Origin: Candidatus Hydrogenedens sp.
GTDB lineage: Bacteria; Hydrogenedentota; Hydrogenedentia; Hydrogenedentales; Hydrogenedentaceae
Assembly (NCBI GenBank): GCA_049968235.1
Contig: JBMFRC010000002.1
Coordinates: 32,001-96,000, forward strand
Length of the DNA: 64,000 nucleotides
Reading direction: 5' to 3'
The translations under genes were made by a program, and so were the position numbers. Positions 20,175 through 30,490 of the stretch are shown in pieces. The notes beneath the pieces were generated by a model. It searched no databases, was not told the DNA's origin, and worked only from the letters and a program-made list of their open reading frames with translations. Each line of letters starts with the position of its first letter. Positions within the stretch are counted from its first letter, which is position 1.

Positions 20175-21629
20175 ATGAACGAACTTAAAGACATTGGATT
20201 AGTGGGTTTAGCGGTAATGGGTGAAAACCTGGTATTAAACATGGAAAGCAAGGGATTTAGTGTCGCTGTGTTTAATCGCACTGTATCCAAAGTAGATGAT
20301 TTTATTAACGGACGTGCAAAAGGGAAGAATATAAAAGGTTGCCATTCTTTACAAGAACTTGTAAATAGTCTAAAAAAACCCCGCAAAATTATGCTCATGG
20401 TAAAAGCAGGCCAGGCGGTAGATGATTTTATTGAACAACTTATCCCATTAGTAGATCCGGGAGATATTATTATTGATGGAGGAAACAGCCATTTCCCTGA
20501 TACAACTCGAAGAACGAAATATTTAGAAAGTAAAGGTCTTCTATATATAGGCACAGGTGTATCCGGTGGAGAAGAAGGGGCTTTGAAAGGTCCGTCCATG
20601 ATGCCCGGTGGCTCTCCTCAAGCATGGGAACATGTTAAAAACATTTTTCAATCCATCTGTGCAAAAACTCCTGAAGGGGAACCTTGTTGTGATTGGGTAG
20701 GTGAAAATGGAGCCGGTCATTTCGTAAAAATGGTGCACAATGGTATTGAATATGGCGATATGCAAATGATTTGCGAGACATATCACCTGATGAAGCATGG
20801 ACTTGAAATGACAAATGAAGAAATGCATCAAGTCTTTTCAGAATGGTATGAAGGTGAGTTAAATTCCTATTTAATTGAAATCACACGAGATATCCTTGCT
20901 TATAAAAATGAAGAAGGACATTATGTTGTAGACCTCATTTTAGATACTGCTGGACAGAAAGGCACAGGGAAATGGACGGTCATTTCTGCTTTGGATGAAG
21001 GACAGCCTTTAACCGCTATTGCAGAAGCAGTATTTGCTCGTTGTTTATCTGCTATCAAAGCAGAGCGTGTAAAAGCCAGTCAAACATTACAGGGTAAAGT
21101 AACTACTTTTACAGGCGATAAAAAGCAATTTATTAACGACCTCCGCAAGGCCCTCTATGCATCTAAAATTGTAAGTTATGCTCAGGGTTACCAATTGATG
21201 CGTTCCGCTGCAAAAACTTATAATTGGAACTTAAATTATGGTGGTATTGCGTTAATGTGGCGGGGAGGTTGTATTATCCGTTCTGTGTTCTTAGGCAAAA
21301 TAAAAGAAGCCTTTGACAGAAATCCCAATCTGGAAAATCTATTGTTAGACCCATTTTTTGCAGGTATAGTTAATGATACACAAGATAGCTGGCGTCGGGT
21401 TGTTTCTACTGCAGTCCAATTAGGAATTCCTGTCCCTGCTATCAGTTCTGCATTATGTTATTTTGATGGTTATCGTAGTGCCTGGCTTCCAGCAAATTTA
21501 CTTCAAGCACAACGCGATTATTTCGGTGCTCATACCTATGAACGAGTAGACAAACCCAGAGGTGAATTTTTCCATACCAACTGGACCGGGCGTGGTGGTT
21601 CAACTTCTGCTTCAACTTATACTGTATAA
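20175..21629 (+). CDS. gnd: 6-phosphogluconate dehydrogenase (decarboxylating)
   Basis: IGLVGLAVMGENLVLNMESKGF, GTGVSGGEEGA and WRGGCIIRS are the classical Gnd motifs. AGGAG RBS. Confidence 0.92.
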   Translation: MNELKDIGLVGLAVMGENLVLNMESKGFSVAVFNRTVSKVDDFINGRAKGKNIKGCHSLQELVNSLKKPRKIMLMVKAGQAVDDFIEQLIPLVDPGDIIIDGGNSHFPDTTRRTKYLESKGLLYIGTGVSGGEEGALKGPSMMPGGSPQAWEHVKNIFQSICAKTPEGEPCCDWVGENGAGHFVKMVHNGIEYGDMQMICETYHLMKHGLEMTNEEMHQVFSEWYEGELNSYLIEITRDILAYKNEEGHYVVDLILDTAGQKGTGKWTVISALDEGQPLTAIAEAVFARCLSAIKAERVKASQTLQGKVTTFTGDKKQFINDLRKALYASKIVSYAQGYQLMRSAAKTYNWNLNYGGIALMWRGGCIIRSVFLGKIKEAFDRNPNLENLLLDPFFAGIVNDTQDSWRRVVSTAVQLGIPVPAISSALCYFDGYRSAWLPANLLQAQRDYFGAHTYERVDKPRGEFFHTNWTGRGGSTSASTYTV

Positions 21630-21634
21630 GAATT

Positions 21635-22435
21635 ATGAGTGGATTACATCCGGCGATACTTGCTTTAATCGCAACACTATTTACATGGTTCATGACATTG
21701 TTAGGGGCTTTGCCTGCTTTGTGGTCAAAGCCCATACCTCAAAGAATCCTTGATGGAACATTAGGAATGGCAGCAGGAGTCATGATTGCAGCATCCTTCT
21801 GGTCATTATTGGAACCTGCAATCGAGATGAGTAAAGAAATGGATATACCTTCATGGTTACCTGCTGTTATTGGCTTTTTATTAGGAGGTATTGCCCTATG
21901 GGCTATGGACAAGATACTCCCCCATTTACATCAAGGATTATCTATTGAAAATGCGGAAGGTATTCATACGAACTGGAAAAGAAGCACCCTTCTGGTAATG
22001 GCTATTACCCTACATAATATCCCCGAGGGATTAGCAGTTGGTGTTGCTTTCGGAGCCACAGCATACGGTATTCCGGGCGCATCCTTAACCGGGGCTATTG
22101 TTCTGGCTATCGGTATCGGTTTGCAAAATCTACCTGAAGGCACTGCCGTAGCATTACCCCTTCGTCGTGAAGGATTTTCCCCATGGAAAAGTTTCTTTGT
22201 GGGACAACTTTCCGGTATTGTTGAACCAATTGCTGGAGTAATAGGTGCTCTTGCTGTTTTAGTGGCAAGACCTATTTTACCATTTGCTTTAGCCTTTGCT
22301 GCAGGGGCTATGATTTTTGTCGTAGCAGAAGAATTAATTCCTGAATCACAAAAAGAAGGCGATACTGATTTGCCCACTGTAGGGGTTATGTTTGGTTTTG
22401 CCCTCATGATGTTTTTGGATGTAGCGTTGGGATAA
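21635..22435 (+). CDS. ZIP family metal cation transporter (ZupT-like)
   Basis: ITLHNIPEGLAVG and GIGLQNLPEG are the ZIP signature HNxPEG motifs. Eight predicted TM segments. Confidence 0.85.
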   Translation: MSGLHPAILALIATLFTWFMTLLGALPALWSKPIPQRILDGTLGMAAGVMIAASFWSLLEPAIEMSKEMDIPSWLPAVIGFLLGGIALWAMDKILPHLHQGLSIENAEGIHTNWKRSTLLVMAITLHNIPEGLAVGVAFGATAYGIPGASLTGAIVLAIGIGLQNLPEGTAVALPLRREGFSPWKSFFVGQLSGIVEPIAGVIGALAVLVARPILPFALAFAAGAMIFVVAEELIPESQKEGDTDLPTVGVMFGFALMMFLDVALG

Positions 22436-22441
22436 CAATAT

Positions 22442-23428
22442 ATGAGCGAGAACACATTTAAAATTTTCGTTACACGCAATCTCCCCGAAAGAGGTTTAAT
22501 TTTACTCTATCAGAACTTCGGTGAAGAAAACATACAAATATATCCTGGTGAAACACCCATTCCTTATGAAGAATTATTGGCAAAGGTTAAAGGAATAGAT
22601 GCCCTTTTGTGTTTGCTCACAGATAAAATAGATGTGAGAATTATGGAACAGGCAGGACCCCAGTTAAAAATAATTGCAAATTATGCAGTTGGATATGATA
22701 ACATAGACATAGGTGAAGCAACGAAAAGGAAAATTGTCGTGACCAACACTCCCGGGGTTTTAACAGAAACAACAGCCGATTTAGCATGGGCACTTTTAAT
22801 GGCATCTGCACGCCGATTGGGAGAAGGGGAGCGATTGGTTCGTGCATCACAATGGGCAGGTTGGAACCCGACATTACTTTTAGGTATGGATATTCACGGG
22901 AAAACATTGGGTATCTTTGGTATGGGGAGAATCGGTCAGGCAGTAGCAAGAAGGGCTACAGGTTTCAATATGCGTGTTATTTATTACGATGTAACCGAAC
23001 CAAAACTACCTGAAGATATTAAAGCGACTCCTGTAGATAAAGAAACTCTATTAAAAGAATCTGATTTTATATCTATCCATTGTCCTCTGACGCGAAGCAC
23101 TTACCATGCTTTCGGAATCGATGAATTTAAGAAAATGAAACGGACCGCATGTATAATAAATACATCCCGGGGTCCTGTTATTGACGAAGAAGCATTGGCT
23201 CAGGCTCTTAAAGAAGGCTTCATATTCTCTGCGGGATTAGATGTCTTTGAAAAAGAACCCGAAATTCATCCCGATTTACTAAATTGTCCCAATGCTATTT
23301 TAATACCTCATTTAGGAAGTGCGTCGGTTGAAACCCGCTCCCGTATGGCGGAGATTGCTGCACAAAATATTATTGCTCGTCTTAACGGGGAAAAACCACC
23401 CAACCCAGTAAATCCTGAAGTTCTTTAA
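22442..23428 (+). CDS. D-isomer-specific 2-hydroxyacid dehydrogenase (glyoxylate/hydroxypyruvate reductase-like)
   Basis: GKTLGIFGMGRIGQAVARRA NAD motif and the catalytic triad region NTSRGPVID...IPHLGSA. Confidence 0.85.
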   Translation: MSENTFKIFVTRNLPERGLILLYQNFGEENIQIYPGETPIPYEELLAKVKGIDALLCLLTDKIDVRIMEQAGPQLKIIANYAVGYDNIDIGEATKRKIVVTNTPGVLTETTADLAWALLMASARRLGEGERLVRASQWAGWNPTLLLGMDIHGKTLGIFGMGRIGQAVARRATGFNMRVIYYDVTEPKLPEDIKATPVDKETLLKESDFISIHCPLTRSTYHAFGIDEFKKMKRTACIINTSRGPVIDEEALAQALKEGFIFSAGLDVFEKEPEIHPDLLNCPNAILIPHLGSASVETRSRMAEIAAQNIIARLNGEKPPNPVNPEVL

Positions 23429-23452
23429 TCACTCTTATGAGCGGGAAATTAA

Positions 23453-24373
23453 TTACATCTCTCGATATCGGAAAAATACCCACAGAACCCCTACCGCAGA
23501 GATAACACACAAAACAACAATTAAGTAGAATATATGAGGATGATGTTGCGCTGGAATGGGGACATTCATTGAAAACAAACTTACAATAAATGTTGGGACC
23601 ATCAATGCTATCGTAATAATGTTCAACAATTTCATCAATACATTTAAATTATTACTTACGATAGAAGCCCGTGCATCCATCAAGTTTGATAATACTGTGG
23701 AATGGATATCTGCCACACGAAAACATTGGTCATTCTCAATAATTAAATCATCCAAAAATTCCTTTCCTTCCTCACTTAAACCTATCTTATCCGCGCCTGC
23801 ACGGAGTTTTGCGAGAATAAGTCCATTTCCGTGAATAGCATTTAAGTAATAAACCAAACTTTTTTCTAACGCAAATAGATTGATGAGGAATTTATTTTCC
23901 AGTGAACGATTTATCCGATATTCAACCTCTTCTGCAACCATATTTATAACTTTAAGGTGTTCAATGAAATGGGAGATACAATTATATACAACACGAAGTA
24001 TTATATCGGGTGCTGACGATAACCCTGCTTGTAGTTTATTAGAAAATAATGGTGTATCCTCACTGGAAATAATAATAACTCTGTCCTTAAATAAAAATAA
24101 ACCTATAGAAATGACTTTAAAATGATATTCATCTTCAGCGGAATAATTTTTAGGTTTTTTCACAATAAATGCTACATGGTCTTGTTCATATTCAACACGG
24201 GCAAGTTCGTCAGGGTCCAATGCGGAGTTTAGGGTGTGCTCGTCAATCTGGAGTTTATCTATAAGTATTTTTTTCTCGTCTATACTCGGCTTAATATATA
24301 CTTCAATTACAGCCCCTTTTTCTTCAGGGACTTCTACAATCTTACCTTGATGAATTTTGTAAAATCTCCGCAT
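23453..24373 (-). CDS. corA: Magnesium/cobalt transporter CorA family
   Basis: Two C-terminal TM helices with LFSMNVPIP in the position of the YGMNF motif. CorA-like length of 306 aa. Confidence 0.7.
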   Translation of the reverse strand: MRRFYKIHQGKIVEVPEEKGAVIEVYIKPSIDEKKILIDKLQIDEHTLNSALDPDELARVEYEQDHVAFIVKKPKNYSAEDEYHFKVISIGLFLFKDRVIIISSEDTPLFSNKLQAGLSSAPDIILRVVYNCISHFIEHLKVINMVAEEVEYRINRSLENKFLINLFALEKSLVYYLNAIHGNGLILAKLRAGADKIGLSEEGKEFLDDLIIENDQCFRVADIHSTVLSNLMDARASIVSNNLNVLMKLLNIITIALMVPTFIVSLFSMNVPIPAQHHPHIFYLIVVLCVISAVGVLWVFFRYREM

Positions 24374-24526
24374 GACTTCTCCCTTCTACTGATATTTCAT
24401 GAACAAACTTAGTCCATGGGTGGAAGTTCCTTCTGTTATTATTTCGTTTTTTTTGAGATTTCCCCTACCCTGCAAGATATTTCTCAGAAATATTATAACT
24501 CTTTTAATTCGTTTTCTTCAAAAAAC

Positions 24527-25483
24527 TTATTTCTTTCCAAATCCTTTTTTGATTTTATCAAATAAATCCCTACAACTATTTACGAATGTTTTCAAGATAT
24601 AAAGCGGATTAAATTTTGATGTTTTTTCTTCAACTGCCAGTTCCTGTCTTTCTTTCCATAATTTATATAGATTCAATAATGCATCTCTAAATTCTTTTGC
24701 AGACTGAAATCTTTCATCAGGATTACTTGCTGTGGCTTTATCTAAAAATTCATCACATTCCCGGGGCAAATCTGGTTTTAATTTAGAAAGTTTATCACCA
24801 GGTTGAGGTCTTCTCCCTACCAGCATTTCAAAGAACATAATTCCCAATGGATAAATGTCTGCCCTTTTATCTACTCCCGCTGCATTCTTTCTTTGTTCAG
24901 GTGCAGAATATTGAATCTTCCCTAAATTAGCTCCGACCATTGTTAAAGGAGTCTGGTCATCATTCAATTTTGCCAGTCCAAAATCCATTAAACGAACAGA
25001 ACCGTCCCTACAAACCATTATGTTATCCGGAGAAATATCCCTGTGAATCGTAATTTTATGAGCATGTTCCAGAGCATCTGCAATTAACGCTAAAATACGA
25101 ACTGTATTACCAAACGATAAAGGTCCTTTCTTCATAATCCAGTCACGAACACTCCGCCCATCCACATATTCCATCGTATAAAATAATTGTTCCCCTTCAA
25201 TCTGTGCATCGAATATCTTCACAATACAGGGATGATTTAATTGGCGAACTGCTTCCACTTCACGAAGAAATCGTGCAATTGCCCTCTGATTATGCTGATA
25301 CTGGGCTCGCATTAATTTCAGAGCTAATTTCTGATGTGTTTGCCTATCCTGAACCAGAAATACCTTACCCATTCCACCTCTTCCTAATGGCTTTAGAACT
25401 TCATACCTATCCGCAATTATATATGTCTCATGTTCATTGTTTGATTCTATATCTTTTGTCTCCAATGAAAGTTTCCTTCTCAT
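24527..25483 (-). CDS. Serine/threonine protein kinase
   Basis: GRGGMGKVFL glycine loop, ALKLM Lys, HRDISPDNIM catalytic loop, DFGLAK and SAPE. Confidence 0.85.
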   Translation of the reverse strand: MRRKLSLETKDIESNNEHETYIIADRYEVLKPLGRGGMGKVFLVQDRQTHQKLALKLMRAQYQHNQRAIARFLREVEAVRQLNHPCIVKIFDAQIEGEQLFYTMEYVDGRSVRDWIMKKGPLSFGNTVRILALIADALEHAHKITIHRDISPDNIMVCRDGSVRLMDFGLAKLNDDQTPLTMVGANLGKIQYSAPEQRKNAAGVDKRADIYPLGIMFFEMLVGRRPQPGDKLSKLKPDLPRECDEFLDKATASNPDERFQSAKEFRDALLNLYKLWKERQELAVEEKTSKFNPLYILKTFVNSCRDLFDKIKKGFGKK

Positions 25484-25557
25484 ATGATTTTTCGGATAAC
25501 CTTCTTGTTATTATAATACTATTACTATCATATAAAATACTCAATTTTTATATATTT

Positions 25558-26211
25558 ATGGATTATTCTTCTGCTCGAAAATCAATGGTTGAATATCAGT
25601 TAAAATCACGAGGTATTCAGTCTCCGGATGTGCTTCGTATTATGGAAAAGGTCCCCCGTCATTTATTTGTCCCTGAAGAACTCCAAGAATACGCATACGA
25701 GGACCACCCTTTAAGCATTGGTTGTGGACAGACAATATCCCAACCTTATATGGTAGCCATTATGACTGAACTATTAAAATTAAAATCATCTGATAAAGTC
25801 TTAGAAGTAGGAACAGGCTCTGGCTATCAAACTGCTGTTATAGCCGAACTTGCTCATTATGTAATAAGTATAGAACGAATACCGGAACTTGCAGAAGGAG
25901 CGGAACAACGATTGACAAATTTAGGGTATACAAATGTAAAAATTATATGTGGAGATGGTTCTATAGGCTACCCTCCAGAATCACCCTATGATGCTATTAT
26001 TGTTACTGCTGGAAGTCCTGAAGTCCCCGAATCATTAAAGAAACAATTAAATGAAGGTGGGAGGCTTATTATTCCCGTAGGGGGAAGTAATTTACAGGTT
26101 TTATTAAAAATTGTTAAACAAGGGAATGATTACTTGATAGAAAAACACACTTCCTGCATTTTTGTTCCTTTGATTGGTAATGAAGGCTGGAAAAGGTCTG
26201 GAGAAAATTAA
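25558..26211 (+). CDS. pcm: Protein-L-isoaspartate O-methyltransferase
   Basis: GCGQTISQPYMVAIMTELL, VLEVGTGSGYQTAV and the C-terminal GGRLIIPVG are Pcm signatures. The ORF track extends it to 25204, but that extension is antisense to the kinase gene and unlikely to be real. Confidence 0.82.
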   Translation: MDYSSARKSMVEYQLKSRGIQSPDVLRIMEKVPRHLFVPEELQEYAYEDHPLSIGCGQTISQPYMVAIMTELLKLKSSDKVLEVGTGSGYQTAVIAELAHYVISIERIPELAEGAEQRLTNLGYTNVKIICGDGSIGYPPESPYDAIIVTAGSPEVPESLKKQLNEGGRLIIPVGGSNLQVLLKIVKQGNDYLIEKHTSCIFVPLIGNEGWKRSGEN

Positions 26212-26323
26212 AGTATGCAGAAATACCTGAATATAAGTTAAAATATATATATTTCTTCTCTTTCCTATAAATAGTGTAAAAGAATAACCCATACGGGGAA
26301 TCTGAAAGAATCAAAAAACACGC

Positions 26324-28132
26324 ATGAATCAGGAATATATAAGAAATTTTTGTATTATTGCTCATGTAGACCACGGTAAATCTACATTAGCAGACCGTCT
26401 TCTTGAGTTTACAAAAACAGTTAGTGAACGGGAACTCCGAGAACAAACACTGGATACACTGGATATTGAACGCGAACGCGGGATTACAATCAAAGCAGTC
26501 TGTGTTCAGATGCAATATATACGAGATAACGGAGAACAATATACCCTTCATTTAATTGATACGCCCGGTCATGCAGATTTTTCCTATGAAGTTTCCCGTG
26601 CACTTGCTGCCTGTGAAGGGGCATTACTCCTCGTAGATGCTACACAGGGAGTTCAGGCTCAAACCCTTGCTCACGCATACAAAGCAGTAGCACAAGGTTT
26701 AGAAATCATACCGGTTATTAATAAAATTGATTTGCCCAGTGCCGATTGCGAAGATACGCGTCGTCAGATTGAAGAAGTATTAGGATTGGATGCTTCTGAC
26801 GCTATCTTAGCCAGTGCAAAAACTGGCACCGGGACAAAAGAAATTTTGGAAAGTATTGTTCAAAAAGTTCCTCATCCTAAGGGAAACCCCGATAGTCCTT
26901 TACGAGCCTTAATTTTTGATGCTAAATACGATACTTACCGTGGGGTTGTCGTCTATTTAAGAATTGTTGATGGCTCTTTACAAAAAGGACAAAAAATTCT
27001 TTTCATGTCCACCGGTGTAAAATATGAGGTAGATGAAGTTGGTATTTTTACCCCCAGCATGCGTCCCCAAAATACTTTATCAACGGGGGAAGTGGGATAC
27101 ATGATTTGCAATATAAAAAACATCAAAGATACAAAAATTGGAGATACTGTTACCGATGCCATTCATCCCGCCGAACAACCATTACCGGGGTATGAACATG
27201 TTAAACCTGTGGTATTCTGTGGTATGTATCCCGCTGTTTCACAGGATTATGATGAATTAAGAGATGCACTCGATAAGTTAGCACTTAACGATGCTTCTTT
27301 TGAATATAAACCTGATAGTTCTGATGCTCTGGGATTAGGTTTTCGTTTAGGCTTTCTGGGGCTTTTGCACATGGAGATTATTCAGGAACGGTTAGAGCGT
27401 GAGTTCGGGTTAAATCTTGTAATGACCATGCCGAATGTTGCCTATAAAGTGTTAAAAACAGATGGAGAGGAAATCATTGTTCAAAAAGCATCACAAATGC
27501 CACAACCCAGTGAAATTGAAGTCATTGAAGAACCCTATATTCAAGCAGATATTATTTGTCCTGTGGAATACCTGAGCGCAGTAATAGATTTATGCAAAAA
27601 GAAACGAGGCATTCATGTTAAAGTGGACTATCTGGACGCTAAACGTTGCCTTGCGGTATACCAATTACCTCTTGCAGAAATTGTAGTGGATTTCTACGAT
27701 AAACTTAAGACCTGTACACGTGGTTACGGCTCATTGGACTATACTATTATAGGGTACCGTCCCGGCGATTTGGTCAAATTAGATATACTTATTAATAACG
27801 ATATAATAGATGCTCTATCTGTAATTGTACACAAAGACCATGCTATATACATGGGAAGAGCATTAGCCAGTAAGTTAAGAAAACTCATACCTCGCCAACA
27901 ATTTGAAGTTGTTATTCAAGCGGCTATTGCAAGAAGAATTATCGTCAGGGAAACAATTAAACCCATTCGTAAAGATGTTCTGGCAAAATGTTACGGTGGA
28001 GATATAACGAGAAAGAGAAAACTTCTTGAAAAACAAAAAGAAGGCAAAAAGCGGATGAAACAAATAGGAGTCGTTGAAGTTCCTCAGGAAGCCTTTATGG
28101 CTCTATTAAAGGTAAATGAAGAAGCCGAATAG
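26324..28132 (+). CDS. lepA: Translation elongation factor 4 (LepA)
   Basis: [23 protein letters not shown]1 box, DTPGHADF and NKIDL. Full-length at 602 aa. Confidence 0.95.
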   Translation: MNQEYIRNFCIIAHVDHGKSTLADRLLEFTKTVSERELREQTLDTLDIERERGITIKAVCVQMQYIRDNGEQYTLHLIDTPGHADFSYEVSRALAACEGALLLVDATQGVQAQTLAHAYKAVAQGLEIIPVINKIDLPSADCEDTRRQIEEVLGLDASDAILASAKTGTGTKEILESIVQKVPHPKGNPDSPLRALIFDAKYDTYRGVVVYLRIVDGSLQKGQKILFMSTGVKYEVDEVGIFTPSMRPQNTLSTGEVGYMICNIKNIKDTKIGDTVTDAIHPAEQPLPGYEHVKPVVFCGMYPAVSQDYDELRDALDKLALNDASFEYKPDSSDALGLGFRLGFLGLLHMEIIQERLEREFGLNLVMTMPNVAYKVLKTDGEEIIVQKASQMPQPSEIEVIEEPYIQADIICPVEYLSAVIDLCKKKRGIHVKVDYLDAKRCLAVYQLPLAEIVVDFYDKLKTCTRGYGSLDYTIIGYRPGDLVKLDILINNDIIDALSVIVHKDHAIYMGRALASKLRKLIPRQQFEVVIQAAIARRIIVRETIKPIRKDVLAKCYGGDITRKRKLLEKQKEGKKRMKQIGVVEVPQEAFMALLKVNEEAE

Positions 28133-28144
28133 GAATATTGTAAA

Positions 28145-29041
28145 GTGGTAAAAACCAATCAAAGTTTTAATGATAATTCTCCTTTATCTCCAGAAGAAAA
28201 TTACACTCCCCGTATCAAGAAAAATAACTTATTTAAGAATATTGTGCAAGCCATAACAGGACCCTGGACAAAGCGGAATCTTATAGAATGGATTGTTATT
28301 ATCGGAAGTATACTTTTTATAAAAGGCTGTCTTATCGACCAATACATCATCCCCAGTGGTTCTATGGAACCTACATTACACGGTGGAAATTTATTCACAG
28401 GAGACCGTGTCCTTGTAAATAAATTTATTTACGGTTTGCGAATACCCTTTACAACCATCCGTATCCTCACATGGAGCAAGCCCAAACGATGGGATATCGT
28501 TGTTTTTAAGTGTGTCAGTAAAGAATCCGAACATTCAACATTAATCAAACGGGTTGTTGGATTACCCGGAGAAAAAATACGCATTCGGAATGGGAGAATC
28601 TTAGTAAATGGAGAGGTAATTCCTTTTCCTCCTTCAATGCCTCCAAATATTTATTATTTGAATGATGAAGATTTATTGTATCAATACAGAACCAATCCTG
28701 ACCCAAGAGCCAAAAAGATTATTGAAGAAATGTGGAAGAAATATCCTTATCGATATGGATGTCTGGATGAGGAATCCTTTTCAGTAATTCCAGAAGGGCA
28801 TTATTTCTTTCTTGGAGATAATAGTATCAATAGTGTAGATAGTCGAATTTATGGCTGGGTCCCTGAAAATCATATTATAGGTAGGGCATTTGCTATCTGG
28901 TGGCCCCCCAATCGCTGGAGAGATTTCACAGGCTTTTCTTCAACACTGTGGGGGAAAATACTTCTTTATATAATCCCTACTCTTCTAACTTTTTTTCTGA
29001 TTGTATACATATTTACAAACAAAAAGCGTTCAATTACTTAA
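28145..29041 (+). CDS. lepB: Signal peptidase I
   Basis: Box B IPSGSMEPTLHGG with the catalytic Ser. Box D KRVVGLPGEKI with the catalytic Lys. Box E LGDNSINSVDSRIYGWVP. GTG start. The conserved lepA-lepB arrangement. Confidence 0.85.
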   Translation: MVKTNQSFNDNSPLSPEENYTPRIKKNNLFKNIVQAITGPWTKRNLIEWIVIIGSILFIKGCLIDQYIIPSGSMEPTLHGGNLFTGDRVLVNKFIYGLRIPFTTIRILTWSKPKRWDIVVFKCVSKESEHSTLIKRVVGLPGEKIRIRNGRILVNGEVIPFPPSMPPNIYYLNDEDLLYQYRTNPDPRAKKIIEEMWKKYPYRYGCLDEESFSVIPEGHYFFLGDNSINSVDSRIYGWVPENHIIGRAFAIWWPPNRWRDFTGFSSTLWGKILLYIIPTLLTFFLIVYIFTNKKRSIT

Positions 29042-29050
29042 ATTAGCAAT

Positions 29051-30490
29051 TTGATAGGAAATAAAGGAACAATTAAAATGGCAAAACAACAAAACAAACA
29101 GGATAAAGGAACCCTAAGTGTGATAAGTCAGATTGTCCGTTTCACAGGTATTATTACTATCCTTATAGGTATTTATGTTATCTATCGCAGTAATCAAACC
29201 CAACCCGAGCCATCAGAACCTTTATGGTGGTTTGGATTAGGTGTATTTGTTGTGGGTTTACATCTGTTCTTTTTCAGTAATATGCCGAAACAACAAATAT
29301 ATGAATGGCTTAAAAGTGAAAGCATTGCACTCGGATTAGCTTTACTAATTCGCTGGCCTATTGCAGAGCCATATAGAATCCCATCCAGTTCAATGGAACC
29401 TACATTACATGGCGATTTCCGCTTTGGTAAAGGCGACCGTGTATTTGTAAACAAGTGGGTATATGGTGTGCGTTTTCCTTTTTTTAATAAAAGGATATGG
29501 TATGGAAAAAAACCGCAACGTTGGGAAATTGTTGTATTCAAAACGGTAGAGAATGATGCAAAACATAAAACTTTAGTAAAAAGAGTTGTAGGACTACCGG
29601 GTGAGCGTGTTCATATTAAAGATGGGAAGATATTTATTAATGGGAAACCTTTAGAATTACCCCCAGATATGCCAGATATTTATTATACATCCGGACCGGT
29701 GGGGATTGGAGGGATGGAATATGGGATACGAACTGAAGATAAGTATTCACTAATACCCGAAAATTGTTATTTTGTATTAGGAGATAACAGTGCATATAGC
29801 AGGGATGGTCGTTTTTTTGGTTGGGTTCCTAATGAACATATCGTTGGTAGAGTAAGTTGTATCTGGTGGCCTCCGTCTCGATGGAGAGATTTCACAGGAT
29901 TTAGCAAAACATGGTGGTGGAAAACACTTTGCTTACTTACTTCCATTTTTGTAATTGTCCGGTTGCTTTTTGCAAGGTCTGTTGTATGGTATACATGGAA
30001 TACAGACAAGTTATATCATTATATAGTAAACCAATTATCTTACGGTTTGAGATTACCTTTTACGAAGATATGGCTTCACACATGGAAAAAACCTGAGAGA
30101 GGGGATATTGTCGCATATATAACACCCGCGGGGGTTAAAAATATCTCTTCTGAACTTGTCCTTTGTGGAATGGTTGTTGGTATTGAAGGGGATAAAATTT
30201 CAATTCAAAATAACACGCTTTTAATTAATGGCAAAGAATTAACTGATACCCCATTTCCATTGAATAACATAGAATCCTCTTTCTCAAATCAAGAAGCACC
30301 CTATGGATTATTAAAGGACAAAGAGCATAGTATTGTACCTGCGGGTAATGTATTTATTATCTGGAATTTTCCGAAAAAGGATATGGAAATTGCTATCGAT
30401 AGTAGAATAACAGGTTGGATACCTGAAAGTAACATTCTCGGTAAACTTATTTTTATCTGGTGGCCTCCCACACATTGGAAGAAACTTTAA
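29051..30490 (+). CDS. Signal peptidase I paralog with an additional C-terminal degenerate SPase-like domain
   Basis: The first half has IPSSSMEPTLHGD, KRVVGLPGERV and LGDNSAYSRDGRFFGWVP. The second half repeats the box C/E layout (YGLRLPF...GDIVAY...DSRITGWIP...IWWPP) but lacks the SMxPT Ser box and the catalytic Lys. Confidence 0.78.
   Translation: MIGNKGTIKMAKQQNKQDKGTLSVISQIVRFTGIITILIGIYVIYRSNQTQPEPSEPLWWFGLGVFVVGLHLFFFSNMPKQQIYEWLKSESIALGLALLIRWPIAEPYRIPSSSMEPTLHGDFRFGKGDRVFVNKWVYGVRFPFFNKRIWYGKKPQRWEIVVFKTVENDAKHKTLVKRVVGLPGERVHIKDGKIFINGKPLELPPDMPDIYYTSGPVGIGGMEYGIRTEDKYSLIPENCYFVLGDNSAYSRDGRFFGWVPNEHIVGRVSCIWWPPSRWRDFTGFSKTWWWKTLCLLTSIFVIVRLLFARSVVWYTWNTDKLYHYIVNQLSYGLRLPFTKIWLHTWKKPERGDIVAYITPAGVKNISSELVLCGMVVGIEGDKISIQNNTLLINGKELTDTPFPLNNIESSFSNQEAPYGLLKDKEHSIVPAGNVFIIWNFPKKDMEIAIDSRITGWIPESNILGKLIFIWWPPTHWKKL

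Noticed and set aside
23429-23452. Possible bidirectional terminator between the convergent 2-hydroxyacid dehydrogenase and corA genes
   Set aside because: The spacer is only 24 bp and has no convincing inverted repeat.
25204-25557. 118-codon N-terminal extension of the pcm ORF proposed by the ORF track, antisense-overlapping the Ser/Thr kinase start
   Set aside because: Pcm homology begins near the internal Met at 25558. The extension is low-complexity (Leu/Ile-rich), overlaps the kinase gene on the opposite strand and has no RBS. Most likely a read-through artefact of the ORF finder.
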